Shown here piece by piece: positions 52,046 to 61,284 of a stretch of 64,000 nucleotides of DNA; the first letter of the stretch is position 1, and every line of letters begins with the position of its first letter. Below the pieces are notes generated by a model. The model made no database searches. It had not been told where the DNA came from and saw nothing but the letters and a program-made list of their open reading frames with translations. Source of the stretch: Chlorobi bacterium Chlorobi_1. Its GTDB lineage: Bacteria > Bacteroidota > Chlorobiia > Chlorobiales > Chlorobiaceae. Both the position numbers and the translations under genes were made by a program. The DNA lies in assembly GCA_900299075.1 (NCBI GenBank), contig OMIK01000065.1, positions 13,059 to 77,058 of the forward strand, in the 5' to 3' direction.

Positions 52046-52333
52046 GGCCTTGCTTGTATGAAAGATATAGTGCCTTACCGGCTGTATGAAGCAGGGAATA
52101 TAGTAAAATCCGCATGCCCCGGAAAACCCGCCGGAGCGGAAAAATAGGAGCCGGCTGAAGCTGTCGTGAAGCCATTGGCACTCCAGTTGCAATATGAATG
52201 TTTTGGCAAGACGCACATGTTTTGTACGTTTGACATTCGACAGGTTCGTCGTCAGTTCAAAGCCCACTGGAACCCTTCGAATCTACTCGACTTGAGCTTT
52301 CTTGACTCAGCAACAACCCGGTTATCAGGCCCG

Positions 52334-53740
52334 ATGCAAGTCTCTGATCCAGAATCGACCAAACCACTCAGGATCCTTCTGGTCTCGCCCCAGGGCAAGA
52401 TGGACGACGACCGCAACCAGAAGCCGCTGTTCCACATGGCGCTCGGCGTGCTGGCAAGCATCACCCCGAAGCAGCACCATCTGGAGATGGTCGACGAGCA
52501 CTTCCACGACGAGATCGACTACGACGGGGAGTACGACCTGGTCGGCATTACCTCGAGGACCCTCGAGGCGACCAGGGCCTACGAGATCGCGGACGAGTTC
52601 AGGAGGCGCGGGAAGAGGGTCGTCATGGGCGGGCTCCATATCTCCTTCAACCCGGACGAGGCGCAGCAGCACGCCGACTCCATCGTCGTCGGCGAAGCGG
52701 ACAACCTCTGGGCCACCCTGCTCGACGACGTGGCCAACGGCAGGCTGCAGGCGCGCTACGACGCGAAAGAGTTCCCTCCGGTCAACAGCATCGTGCCGAT
52801 CGACTACGCCCGGATCGCCCAGGCGTCGAAGCGCGAAAAGGTGGACGGCACCAAGTCGATCCCGATCTACGTCACCAGGGGCTGTCCCTTCAGCTGCTCC
52901 TTCTGCGTCACCCCGAACTTCACGGGGAAGAAGTACCGCTCCCAGGACCCCGAATCGCTCAAGGCGCAGGTAGAGGCCGCCAAGAAGCACTTCTTCAAGT
53001 CGAACGGCAGGAACTCGAAGCCCTGGTTCATGCTCACCGACGAGAACCTCGGCATCAACAAGAAGAGGCTCTGGGAGTCCCTCGACCTCCTCAAGGAGTG
53101 CGACATCACCTTCAGCGTCTTCCTCAGCATCAACTTCCTCGAGGACCGGCAGACCGTGCAGAAGCTGGTCGACGCCGGCTGCAACTTCGTGCTGGCAGGC
53201 CTCGAGTCGATCAAGCAGAGCACCCTGGAAGCCTACAACAAGGGGCACGTCAACTCGGCCGAGAAGTATGCCAGGATCATCGACGATTGCCGCAAGGCGG
53301 GCCTGAACATCCAGGGCAACTTCCTCTTCAACCCGGCCATCGACACCTTCGAGGATATCGACGAGCTGGTGGAGTTCGTGGAGAAGAACCACATCTTCAT
53401 GCCAATCTTCCAGATCATCACCCCCTACCCGGGCACCAGGATGTACCACGACTACAAGGAGCAGGGGCTGATCACCGACGAGGACTGGGAGAAGTACAAC
53501 GCCCTCCACCTGGTCATCAAATCGGAGCGCTACGAACCGCTGCTCTTCCAGTACAAGGTGCTCTCGAGCTACGTCAGCGTCTACTCGTGGCGCCAGATCG
53601 CCGCACGGGCCTGGCACAACCCGAGGAAGCTGATCAACCTGATCACCAGCCTCGCCTTCAGGAACCATCTGCGCCACGAACTCAGGAACTTCGAGCGGAA
53701 ACACGCCATGACCCCTGCGATGCTCGCCGGCGTCAAATAG
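52334..53740 (+). CDS. bchQ: B12-binding radical SAM methyltransferase; probably bacteriochlorophyllide C-8(2) methyltransferase
   Basis: Cobalamin-binding N-domain (MGGLHIS) and CPFSCSFC motif; divergent from the bchV-like gene. Confidence 0.8.
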   Translation: MQVSDPESTKPLRILLVSPQGKMDDDRNQKPLFHMALGVLASITPKQHHLEMVDEHFHDEIDYDGEYDLVGITSRTLEATRAYEIADEFRRRGKRVVMGGLHISFNPDEAQQHADSIVVGEADNLWATLLDDVANGRLQARYDAKEFPPVNSIVPIDYARIAQASKREKVDGTKSIPIYVTRGCPFSCSFCVTPNFTGKKYRSQDPESLKAQVEAAKKHFFKSNGRNSKPWFMLTDENLGINKKRLWESLDLLKECDITFSVFLSINFLEDRQTVQKLVDAGCNFVLAGLESIKQSTLEAYNKGHVNSAEKYARIIDDCRKAGLNIQGNFLFNPAIDTFEDIDELVEFVEKNHIFMPIFQIITPYPGTRMYHDYKEQGLITDEDWEKYNALHLVIKSERYEPLLFQYKVLSSYVSVYSWRQIAARAWHNPRKLINLITSLAFRNHLRHELRNFERKHAMTPAMLAGVK

Positions 53741-53766
53741 CTGACAACACCTTACCACCCACCTCC

Positions 53767-54231
53767 ATGAGCGGAAAGAGCCTTGACGAGGCCGTACGGA
53801 CCGGAATCAGGCTGCTGGCGTTGCGCGCCCACGGCCGGCTGGAGCTCCAGGCAAAGCTGAAAAAGAAGGGTTATGAGGCCGCCGTAGCCGACGCTGCGGT
53901 CGCCAGGCTCGAAGAGCTGGGACTGGTGGATGACCGAAGCTACGCGGCAGGATTCGTCGAGAGCCTGTCGAGGCGGCGCCCCGAGGGAAAGCTGAAGGCA
54001 AGGGCGAGGCTGCTGCAGAAGGGGCTCTCCGAGGAGCTGGCCGACGAGATGCTGGCGGGATACGACTCGGCGGCAATATGCCGGGCGGCGGCGGAAAAAA
54101 AGATGCGGACCCTCACGGGCCCGCCCGAAGCAAAGCTGAAAAAGCTCGAAACCTTCCTCCGCAACCGCGGCTTCGACTGGCAGACAATCAGGGAGACGAT
54201 GGATAATGGACAATGGATAATTGATAATTGA
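53767..54231 (+). CDS. recX: Regulatory protein RecX
   Basis: LLALRAHGRLEL..KL, GLVDDRSYA, LLQKG, FLRNRGF. Confidence 0.88.
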   Translation: MSGKSLDEAVRTGIRLLALRAHGRLELQAKLKKKGYEAAVADAAVARLEELGLVDDRSYAAGFVESLSRRRPEGKLKARARLLQKGLSEELADEMLAGYDSAAICRAAAEKKMRTLTGPPEAKLKKLETFLRNRGFDWQTIRETMDNGQWIIDN

Positions 54232-54288
54232 AAGGCGAGAACAGCTCTCCTTCTCTATCATTATCCACTGTCAACTATCCATTATCCA
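54199..54288. repeat. Heptamer-unit palindrome between convergent recX and pyrH
   Basis: ggataat-ggacaat-ggataat-tgataat versus attatcc-actgtca-actatcc-attatcc. Confidence 0.85.
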
Positions 54289-54292
54289 CTAA

Positions 54293-55012
54293 CTACTCCT
54301 CCTCCACGTGTACCAGGGTGCCGATGGCTTCGCCCTGGAGCAGGCTGGTGAAGTTTCCCTTCACGTTCATGTCCATGACCACGATCGGCAGCGAATTCTC
54401 GCGGCAGAGCGTGATGGCGGTCATGTCCATCACCCTGAGGTTCTTCCTGATCACGTCGAAATAGGAGATGCGCGGGAAGAACCGGGCATCGGGGTTCTTT
54501 TCGGGATCGGAGTCGAAGACCCCCCTGACCCTCGTCCCCTTGATGATGACGTCCGCTTCGATCTCGATGGCGCGCAGCGAGGCGGCCGTGTCGGTCGTGA
54601 AGTAGGGGTTGCCGGTGCCTGCGCCAAAGATGACGACCCGCCCCTTCTCGAGGTGGCGCACCGCACGGCGGCGGATGAAGGGTTCGGCGATCTGCTCCAT
54701 CTTGATGGCCGTAAGCAGCCTGGTGTAGACCCCCTTGCGTTCAAGCGCGTCCTGCAGGGCCATCGAGTTGATCACGGTCGCGAGCATCCCCATGTAATCG
54801 GCCTGCACACGGTCCATCGACGATGCGGCCGCAGAGAGCCCCCTGAAGATGTTCCCTCCCCCGACCACGAGCGCGATCTCGGCTCCGAGGTCGTGGGCCT
54901 CGCGGATCTCCTCGGCAAAGCCCTCGAGGACGGATGCGTTGATCCCGTAACCATCCTCCCCCGCCAGCGCCTCGCCGCTGATCTTGAGCAGGATCCTCCT
55001 GTAGCGTAACAT
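54293..55012 (-). CDS. pyrH: Uridylate kinase
   Basis: [45 protein letters not shown]. Confidence 0.98.
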   Translation of the reverse strand: MLRYRRILLKISGEALAGEDGYGINASVLEGFAEEIREAHDLGAEIALVVGGGNIFRGLSAAASSMDRVQADYMGMLATVINSMALQDALERKGVYTRLLTAIKMEQIAEPFIRRRAVRHLEKGRVVIFGAGTGNPYFTTDTAASLRAIEIEADVIIKGTRVRGVFDSDPEKNPDARFFPRISYFDVIRKNLRVMDMTAITLCRENSLPIVVMDMNVKGNFTSLLQGEAIGTLVHVEEE

Positions 55013-55058
55013 AGCTTTACTCCCGTGCTTGTTCAGTGTGTCGACTCTCCTAATAAGC

Positions 55059-55090
55059 AAAAAAAAAGCCTCGTCACAACGAGGCTTTTT
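55059..55090 (-). terminator. Intrinsic terminator after tsf
   Basis: aaaaagcctcg-tcacaa-cgaggcttttt; long U-run on the minus strand. Confidence 0.75.
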
Positions 55091-55095
55091 ACAGG

Positions 55096-55962
55096 TTACG
55101 CTCCCAGCTGGTAGCGAACGAAGGCCTTGACTTCGGCCTGCGCCTGGTTCTTCTTCCTGAACTCGTTCAGGACATCGGAGACCCGGGCATTCTGGTCCTT
55201 GATGAAGACCTGCTCGGTGAGCACCACCTCCTGGTAGTACTTGTCGAGGCGCCCGTCGACGATCTTGCCGACGAACTGTTCGGCCTTGCCCTGGGCAAGC
55301 GCCTGCTGGCGGTAGATCTCACGCTCCTTCTCGACGAAATCGGCCGGCACGAGCGAACGGTCGGTCACGATCGGGGCGGAAGCGGCAACCTGCATGGCGA
55401 GGTCCTTGGCCAGCGGCTTGGCGGCTTCGGCCTTGTCGGTCGACATATAGATAAGGGCGCCGAGCTGCGAACCGGGGTGGATGTAGCTCTCGAGCACGCC
55501 GTCCTCTGCGGTCAGCAGGGCCATGCGCTTCAGCTCGAGCTTCTCGCCGACCTTGCCGGTCATCGACTTCAGGGTCTCTTCCACGCTCTCGTTGCCGTAG
55601 GCCTCGCCGAGCTTAACAGCGAGCAGCTCCTCCCTGGTGGCGCACTTGCGCTCGAGGGCGAGGTTGGCGAGTTCGTTGGCGAAACCGGTGAACACCTCGC
55701 CCCTGGCGACGAAGTCGGTCTCGCAGTTCAGTTCGAGGATCACGCCAACCTTCTGGTCTGCGGTCATCCTGATGCAGATCGCACCTTCGCTGGCCTCGCG
55801 GTCAGCGCGCTTGGCGGCCATGGCCGCGCCCTTCTTGCGGAGGTACTCGATCGCTTTCTGCATATCACCCCCGGTCTCCTCGAGGGCCTTCTTGCACTCC
55901 ATCATGCCGACGCCGGTGGTATCCCTCAGGTCCTTGACGTCCTTGGCGGAAATCTGGCTCAT
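55096..55962 (-). CDS. tsf: Elongation factor Ts
   Basis: [26 protein letters not shown]. Confidence 0.98.
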   Translation of the reverse strand: MSQISAKDVKDLRDTTGVGMMECKKALEETGGDMQKAIEYLRKKGAAMAAKRADREASEGAICIRMTADQKVGVILELNCETDFVARGEVFTGFANELANLALERKCATREELLAVKLGEAYGNESVEETLKSMTGKVGEKLELKRMALLTAEDGVLESYIHPGSQLGALIYMSTDKAEAAKPLAKDLAMQVAASAPIVTDRSLVPADFVEKEREIYRQQALAQGKAEQFVGKIVDGRLDKYYQEVVLTEQVFIKDQNARVSDVLNEFRKKNQAQAEVKAFVRYQLGA

Positions 55963-56049
55963 ATAGTCTGTCTGGATTGTCGTGGTTGTAAAGTCAAAAA
56001 GCCGCTGCAGCTCCGGTAAGGGCCCTGCAGCGGCATGATACGCGAAGGA

Positions 56050-56796
56050 TCAGGCGTTCTCCGACTCCCCTTCGGCCGGCTCGTCCATCTCGGCGAGCAC
56101 CTCCTGCTCGACCTGCAGCGAGCGGCCGCTCATGATGGTGTCGGCAACCGCCTTGACCATGAGGTCGATCGAGCGGATGGCGTCGTCGTTGGCCGGGATC
56201 ACGTAGTCGACCTCGTCCGGATCGCAGTTGGTGTCGACCATGGCGAAGATCGGGATGCCGAGGGAGCGGGCCTCCCTGATGGCGATGTGCTCCTTCTTGA
56301 TGTCGACCACGAACAGCGCTGCGGGCAGGCGGTTCATGTTCGAGATGCCGCCGAGGATGCGGACGAGCTTGTCCTTCTCGCGGATCAGCATGAGGCGCTC
56401 CTTCTTGGTGATCATGTCGAAGGTGCCGTCGCTCTCCATGCGGTCGATCGCGTTCATGCGGCGGATGCTCTGGCGGATCGTCGAGAAGTTGGTCAGCATG
56501 CCGCCGAGCCAGCGCTCGCAGACGTAAGGCATGCCGGCGCGCTCTGCCTGCTCGGCAATGATGATCTTGGCCTGCTTCTTGGTACCGACGAACATGATCT
56601 CCCTGCCGGTCGAAGCGATGGCTTCGATAGCCTTCAGGGCCTCGTCGGCGAGGACCAGGGTCTTCTTGAGGTCGATGATGTGGACGCCGTTCTTCTCCAT
56701 GAAGATGTACGGCTTCATTTTCGGGCTCCAGCGGCGGGCGAGGTGACCGAAGTGCACGCCTGCGCGAAGCATCTCTTCAAGCTGGAAGTGTGACAT
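56050..56796 (-). CDS. rpsB: 30S ribosomal protein S2
   Basis: [39 protein letters not shown]. Confidence 0.98.
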   Translation of the reverse strand: MSHFQLEEMLRAGVHFGHLARRWSPKMKPYIFMEKNGVHIIDLKKTLVLADEALKAIEAIASTGREIMFVGTKKQAKIIIAEQAERAGMPYVCERWLGGMLTNFSTIRQSIRRMNAIDRMESDGTFDMITKKERLMLIREKDKLVRILGGISNMNRLPAALFVVDIKKEHIAIREARSLGIPIFAMVDTNCDPDEVDYVIPANDDAIRSIDLMVKAVADTIMSGRSLQVEQEVLAEMDEPAEGESENA

Positions 56797-56820
56797 GGTT
56801 GTCTTCCTTTGTTTTAGTTG

Positions 56821-56915
56821 TGCCTCTACCCTGCCGCCGCCTCCGGGGATCCGGCACCTGGATGCCGGACACTTCCCGAAAACCTCGTCCGGTGGCCCGG
56901 ACTGGCAGGGTATGC
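56821..56915 (-). promoter_or_regulatory. Probable rpsB 5' leader (S2 autoregulatory RNA)
   Basis: On the sense strand taccctgcc...ggcagggta closes a multi-stem structure and is followed by gaggca, resembling rpsB leaders. Confidence 0.6.
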
Positions 56916-56946
56916 GATTTGTTTGACTACAGAAAAAAAGAAAAAA

Positions 56947-57336
56947 TCAGCGCTTCGAGAACTGGAAGGACTTGCGGGCCTTCTTGCGGCCATACTTCTT
57001 CCTCTCGACCATGCGGGGATCCCTGGTGAGCAGGCGATCGCCCCTGAGCGCCGCGCGGATGCTCTCGTCGTACTCGACAAGGGCCCTGGCGATGGCGAGG
57101 CAGACTGCGCCGGACTGGCCGGTGACACCGCCGCCACGGACATTGACCTTGATATCGAAATCGTTCTGCTTCTCGGCGACGACCAGCGGCCTGAGGGCCT
57201 GGCTGCGCTTGTACTCATCCTTGAAATACTCTTCGACCGGAAGCTTGTTGACCACGATGCGGCCCTTTCCGGGTGCCATGAAAACCCTGGCAACCGAGGT
57301 CTTGCGGCGTCCGACGGTATCGATAACCTCTTTCAT
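56947..57336 (-). CDS. rpsI: 30S ribosomal protein S9
   Basis: [31 protein letters not shown]. Confidence 0.98.
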   Translation of the reverse strand: MKEVIDTVGRRKTSVARVFMAPGKGRIVVNKLPVEEYFKDEYKRSQALRPLVVAEKQNDFDIKVNVRGGGVTGQSGAVCLAIARALVEYDESIRAALRGDRLLTRDPRMVERKKYGRKKARKSFQFSKR

Positions 57337-57354
57337 CAGTATGCGTTCTATTTA

Positions 57355-57804
57355 TTAATTGACTTTCATTTCAACCGGGCACTGCGCCGTATGCGGGTGC
57401 TCCGAACCGGAGTAGACCTTCAGTTTCCTGAAGAGCTGGCGGCCGAGGTTGTTGTGCGGAAGCATGCCCCAGACGGCCTTCTCGATCACGCGCTCCGGCT
57501 TGTCCCTGAGGAGGTCCTTGACGCTGTCGATCCTGACGCCGCCCGGATAGTGGGAGTGCGAGAAGTAGGTCTTGTCGTCGTGCTTCTTGCCGGTCAGGGC
57601 GACCTTTGCAGCGTTGGTCACCACCACGAAATCACCGGTATCGATGTGCGGGGTGAACTGCGGCTTGTGCTTGCCCCTCAAAACGGTCGCGATCTGTGCG
57701 GCCATCCTGCCAAGCACCTGGTTCTCCGCGTCGATGACATACCATGCCCGTTCCACTTCGGCCGGCTTGGCCGAGTATGTTTTAAAACTTAACGTCTTGC
57801 TCAT
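57355..57804 (-). CDS. rplM: 50S ribosomal protein L13
   Basis: WYVIDA, LRGKHKP.FTPH.DTGD, GMLP. Confidence 0.98.
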   Translation of the reverse strand: MSKTLSFKTYSAKPAEVERAWYVIDAENQVLGRMAAQIATVLRGKHKPQFTPHIDTGDFVVVTNAAKVALTGKKHDDKTYFSHSHYPGGVRIDSVKDLLRDKPERVIEKAVWGMLPHNNLGRQLFRKLKVYSGSEHPHTAQCPVEMKVN

Positions 57805-57944
57805 GCTTCACAATGGATTATCTGGACTATACCGAAAAATAAGTCGAACAATGTAATTTATTTCGATTAATTCTACAAACTATTATACCTTGTTCTTCCC
57901 TTGAAAGATCGACAACCCGGCCACGGCCGTTGACGCAGTTTGAC

Positions 57945-59258
57945 ATGAAACCCCTGATCGCCCTCGTCGGCCGGCCGAACGTCGGCAAATCGACCCTCTT
58001 CAACCGCATCCTGCGCGAGAAAAGCGCCATCGTCGACCCGACGCCAGGCGTCACGCGCGACCGGCACATCAGCCCTGGCGAGTGGCAGGGCAAGCAGTTC
58101 CTGCTGATGGACACCGGCGGCTACGCGCTGGAGAACGACACGATCAGCACGGCCATGCTTGAGCAGACGATGCGCGCCATCCAGGACGCCGACGCCATCA
58201 TCTTCATGGTCGACGCCCGATCGGGGCTCACCTACGTCGACCTCGACATCACCAAGATCCTGCAACGCACCTTCAAGGAGAAGAAGATCTTCTTCGCGGT
58301 CAACAAGGTCGACAACCCGCAGGTCGCCCTCGAGGCGCAGACCCTCGTGCGGAGCGGCTTCACCGAACCTTACTTCATCTCCGCCAGGGACGGCAGCGGC
58401 GTGGCCGACCTGCTCGAGGATGTGCTCGAAACCCTGCCCTGCCCCGAAGGCGAAGGGATCGAGGAGGAGCAGACGATCAAGCTCGCCGTGCTCGGACGCC
58501 CCAACGTCGGGAAGTCGAGCATGGTCAACTCGCTGCTCGGCACCGACCGGCAGATCGTCTCGGACATCCCCGGCACGACGCGCGACGCCATCGACAGCGT
58601 CTTCAAGCGCAACCAGCAGGAGTTCACCCTGATCGACACGGCGGGCCTGCGCAAGCGCACCAAGATCGATCCCGGCATCGAATATTACAGCTCGCTCCGC
58701 ACCGAACGGGCGATCGAGCGCTGCCACGTGGCCATGGTGCTCCTCGACGCGCAGCTCGGGCTGGAGAGCCAGGACATGAAGATCATCAACATGGCGGTCG
58801 AACGCAAGAAAGGGGTTGTCATCCTGGTCAACAAGTGGGACCTCATCGAAAAGGACTCCAAGACCAGCAAGCGCTTCACCGACATCCTGCAGCAGCAGCT
58901 CGGCAACCTCGGCTACATCCCGGTGCTCTTCACCTCGGCCCTCACCAGGAAGAACTGCTACCGGGCCATCGACACGGCAGCCGAAATAGCCGTGAACCGC
59001 CGCCAGAAGTTCAGCACCAGCTCGCTCAACCGCTTCCTGCAGGAGGCGCTCGCCATGCGCCACCCCTCCACCAAGTCGGGCAAGGAGCTGAAGATCAAGT
59101 ACATGACCCAGATCGAATCGGGCCATCCCGTCTTCGCCTTCTTCTGCAACGACCCGGAGCTGGTCGAAAGCAACTTCCGCCGCTTCCTCGAGAAGCGCCT
59201 CCGCGAGAGCTTCCCGCTCGAGGGCATCCCGGTCACGATGAAGTTCGTGAGGAAGTAA
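57945..59258 (+). CDS. der: Ribosome biogenesis GTPase Der (EngA)
   Basis: Two GTPase domains (GRPNVGKS twice; DTGG/DTAG; NKVD/NKWD) and a KH-like C-terminus. Confidence 0.98.
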   Translation: MKPLIALVGRPNVGKSTLFNRILREKSAIVDPTPGVTRDRHISPGEWQGKQFLLMDTGGYALENDTISTAMLEQTMRAIQDADAIIFMVDARSGLTYVDLDITKILQRTFKEKKIFFAVNKVDNPQVALEAQTLVRSGFTEPYFISARDGSGVADLLEDVLETLPCPEGEGIEEEQTIKLAVLGRPNVGKSSMVNSLLGTDRQIVSDIPGTTRDAIDSVFKRNQQEFTLIDTAGLRKRTKIDPGIEYYSSLRTERAIERCHVAMVLLDAQLGLESQDMKIINMAVERKKGVVILVNKWDLIEKDSKTSKRFTDILQQQLGNLGYIPVLFTSALTRKNCYRAIDTAAEIAVNRRQKFSTSSLNRFLQEALAMRHPSTKSGKELKIKYMTQIESGHPVFAFFCNDPELVESNFRRFLEKRLRESFPLEGIPVTMKFVRK

Positions 59259-59313
59259 GCGGGAACCGGGGAGGCGGTGCTGAGGTTTTTTCTCATAAAT
59301 CAAGCTTGATCAG

Positions 59314-59400
59314 GAATAGGTCTTATGGGACGTATAGGGCTTCATAGGGCTTATAGAGTTCATATGCCCCATAAGTCCTATACGACCTATTTGTCCTATT
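59314..59400. repeat. Self-contained palindrome of 9-nt tandem units (same family as the 44.0/45.3 kb arms)
   Basis: aataggtct-tatgggacg-tatagggct versus the right-arm reverse complement aataggaca-aataggtcg-tataggact-tatggggca. Confidence 0.8.
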
Positions 59401-59444
59401 CGACCCATTCTTATTACAAACCCTCAATCCACTACAACACTCTC

Positions 59445-60584
59445 ATGTCCCCAATAAACGAATCGCAGATCATCGCGGCACTGGGCACGGTCATGGATCC
59501 CGACCTCGGCAGGGACCTCGTCACCCTCGGCATGGTCAAGGAGGTCTCGGTCGACGAGGCGAACAACGTCTCGGTCACCGTCGAGCTCACCACCCCGGCA
59601 TGCCCCATGAAGGAGTCGATCAAGCAGTCCTGCATTGCGGCGATCGGGGCAGCAGCCCCCGAGGCCGCATCGATCAACGTCACCATGGGATCGAAGGTCA
59701 CCTCGTCGTGCAGCCACCACGGGCAGCCCGGCCACCACGGGCACCACGGCGGGCATGGCGGGCACGGGGGGCACGGCGGCCATGGCGCTCCGCAGCGCAT
59801 CCAGCTCGACAACGTCAAGAACATCATCGCGGTCGCCTCGGGGAAGGGCGGCGTCGGCAAGTCCACGGTCTCGGTCAACCTCGCCGTAAGCCTCGCAGCG
59901 GCCGGAGCGAAGGTCGGCCTTATCGACGCGGACCTCTACGGCCCCAGCATCCCGACCATGTTCGGCCTGCCGGAGGCCAGGCCCGAGGTCATCGAGGGCA
60001 AGATCATCCCGATCGAGCAGTACGGCGTGAAGCTGATGTCGATCGGCTTCCTGGTCGACAGCGAGACCGCCCTCATCTGGAGGGGCCCCATGGCCTCGAG
60101 CGCCATCCGCCAGCTCATCACCGATGTCGACTGGCAGGAGCTCGACTACCTGATCTTCGACCTTCCTCCCGGCACGGGTGATATCCAGCTCACCCTGGTG
60201 CAGGCCCTGCCGATCACCGGCACGGTCATCGTCACCACCCCGCAGGACGTGGCCCTGGCGGACGTCGCCAAGGCGGTCACCATGTTCCGCAAGGTCGAGG
60301 TGCCGATCCTGGGCGTCGTCGAGAACATGAGCTGGTACGAACTGCCGGACGGCACGAAGGACTATATCTTCGGGCGCCAGGGCGGCGAGAAGTTCGCCAG
60401 GGCGAACGGCCTGAACTTCCTCGGCTCGATCCCGATCGGCGGCGCGGTCCGCGAGGGGGGAGACGAAGGCATGCCGGTGATCATCGGCCATCCCGACGCC
60501 CCGTCCGCCGTGGCGGCAAAGCAGGTGGCCGGCGAAATCGCCCGGCAGATCTCGATCGCGAACGCATCCTGCGCAGCCAACTGA
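59445..60584 (+). CDS. mrp: Mrp/ApbC/NBP35 Fe-S carrier ATPase with N-terminal DUF59-like domain and His/Gly-rich linker
   Basis: DPDLGRDLV, TTPACP, SGKGGVGKST, DADLYGPS, WRGPM, DLPPGTGD, VENMS. Confidence 0.95.
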   Translation: MSPINESQIIAALGTVMDPDLGRDLVTLGMVKEVSVDEANNVSVTVELTTPACPMKESIKQSCIAAIGAAAPEAASINVTMGSKVTSSCSHHGQPGHHGHHGGHGGHGGHGGHGAPQRIQLDNVKNIIAVASGKGGVGKSTVSVNLAVSLAAAGAKVGLIDADLYGPSIPTMFGLPEARPEVIEGKIIPIEQYGVKLMSIGFLVDSETALIWRGPMASSAIRQLITDVDWQELDYLIFDLPPGTGDIQLTLVQALPITGTVIVTTPQDVALADVAKAVTMFRKVEVPILGVVENMSWYELPDGTKDYIFGRQGGEKFARANGLNFLGSIPIGGAVREGGDEGMPVIIGHPDAPSAVAAKQVAGEIARQISIANASCAAN

Positions 60585-60686
60585 GCATGGTTCATTTGGC
60601 ATGAACAATTGTACCGGCCAGGCTTCCCATATTCAGGAGTGGCTTCAGCCCGACGGATAATTGAATTTTGTATTCTCTTTTAATTG

Positions 60687-60720
60687 CCCCGGCTTTCAAG
60701 CCGGGGAGGCTTGTTTTTTT
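60687..60720 (+). terminator. REP-like hairpin followed by a T-run
   Basis: ccccggct-ttca-agccgggg, then ttgttttttt. Confidence 0.55.
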
Positions 60721-60805
60721 CACAGGGGGAAGTCATATTAGCTCAGGCGCCGGGACCACGGCGCCCCCAATTTGTACCCAACACAACGCACAATAAGGAA
60801 CAGCA

Positions 60806-61057
60806 ATGAAGGATTACATCCCCAACAGCGACCCGCTGTACGACAGGGTCATCAACGCGCTCGAAACCGTCCGTCCCTACCTGCAGGTCGATGGCGGCGA
60901 CTGCCAGCTCGTCGGCATCACCAAGGATATGGTCGTGGACGTCAAGCTCCTCGGCGCCTGCGGCTCCTGCCCCATGAGCACCCTCACCCTCCGCGCCGGC
61001 GTGGAGCAGGCCATCAAGAAGGCCATCCCGGAGATCGCCCGCGTCGAGTCGGTATAA
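60806..61057 (+). CDS. NifU C-terminal / NfuA-like Fe-S scaffold
   Basis: VRPYLQVDGGD, LLGACGSCPMS. Confidence 0.93.
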   Translation: MKDYIPNSDPLYDRVINALETVRPYLQVDGGDCQLVGITKDMVVDVKLLGACGSCPMSTLTLRAGVEQAIKKAIPEIARVESV

Positions 61058-61060
61058 ACA

Positions 61061-61092
61061 GTGAAAGGGGCGCCACAAGGCGCCCCTTTCAC
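61061..61092. terminator. Intrinsic terminator hairpin
   Basis: gtgaaaggggcgcc-acaa-ggcgcccctttcac: perfect 14-bp stem. Confidence 0.8.
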
Positions 61093-61106
61093 TGTTTATC
61101 TTCCCC

Positions 61107-61267
61107 GGGAGCGCCGAGCTCCAGCTCGGCATCCTATCTTCCCGCGTTATTCACCACTTTTCCGTGCCCGGCACGGCTTCGGGCGCAACAATTATGGCAC
61201 AGCCATTCTTGTTGCAATACCATTTGGAGCCTGCGGCTCCAGTGCCGAGCTGGAGCTCGGCGCTCCC
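61107..61267. repeat. REP-doublet (REPIN-like) element with perfect 25-bp inverted arms
   Basis: gggagcgccgagctccagctcggca (61107-61131) and its exact reverse complement (61243-61267). Confidence 0.85.
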
Positions 61268-61284
61268 TGGCTCGTGTCACGCAT

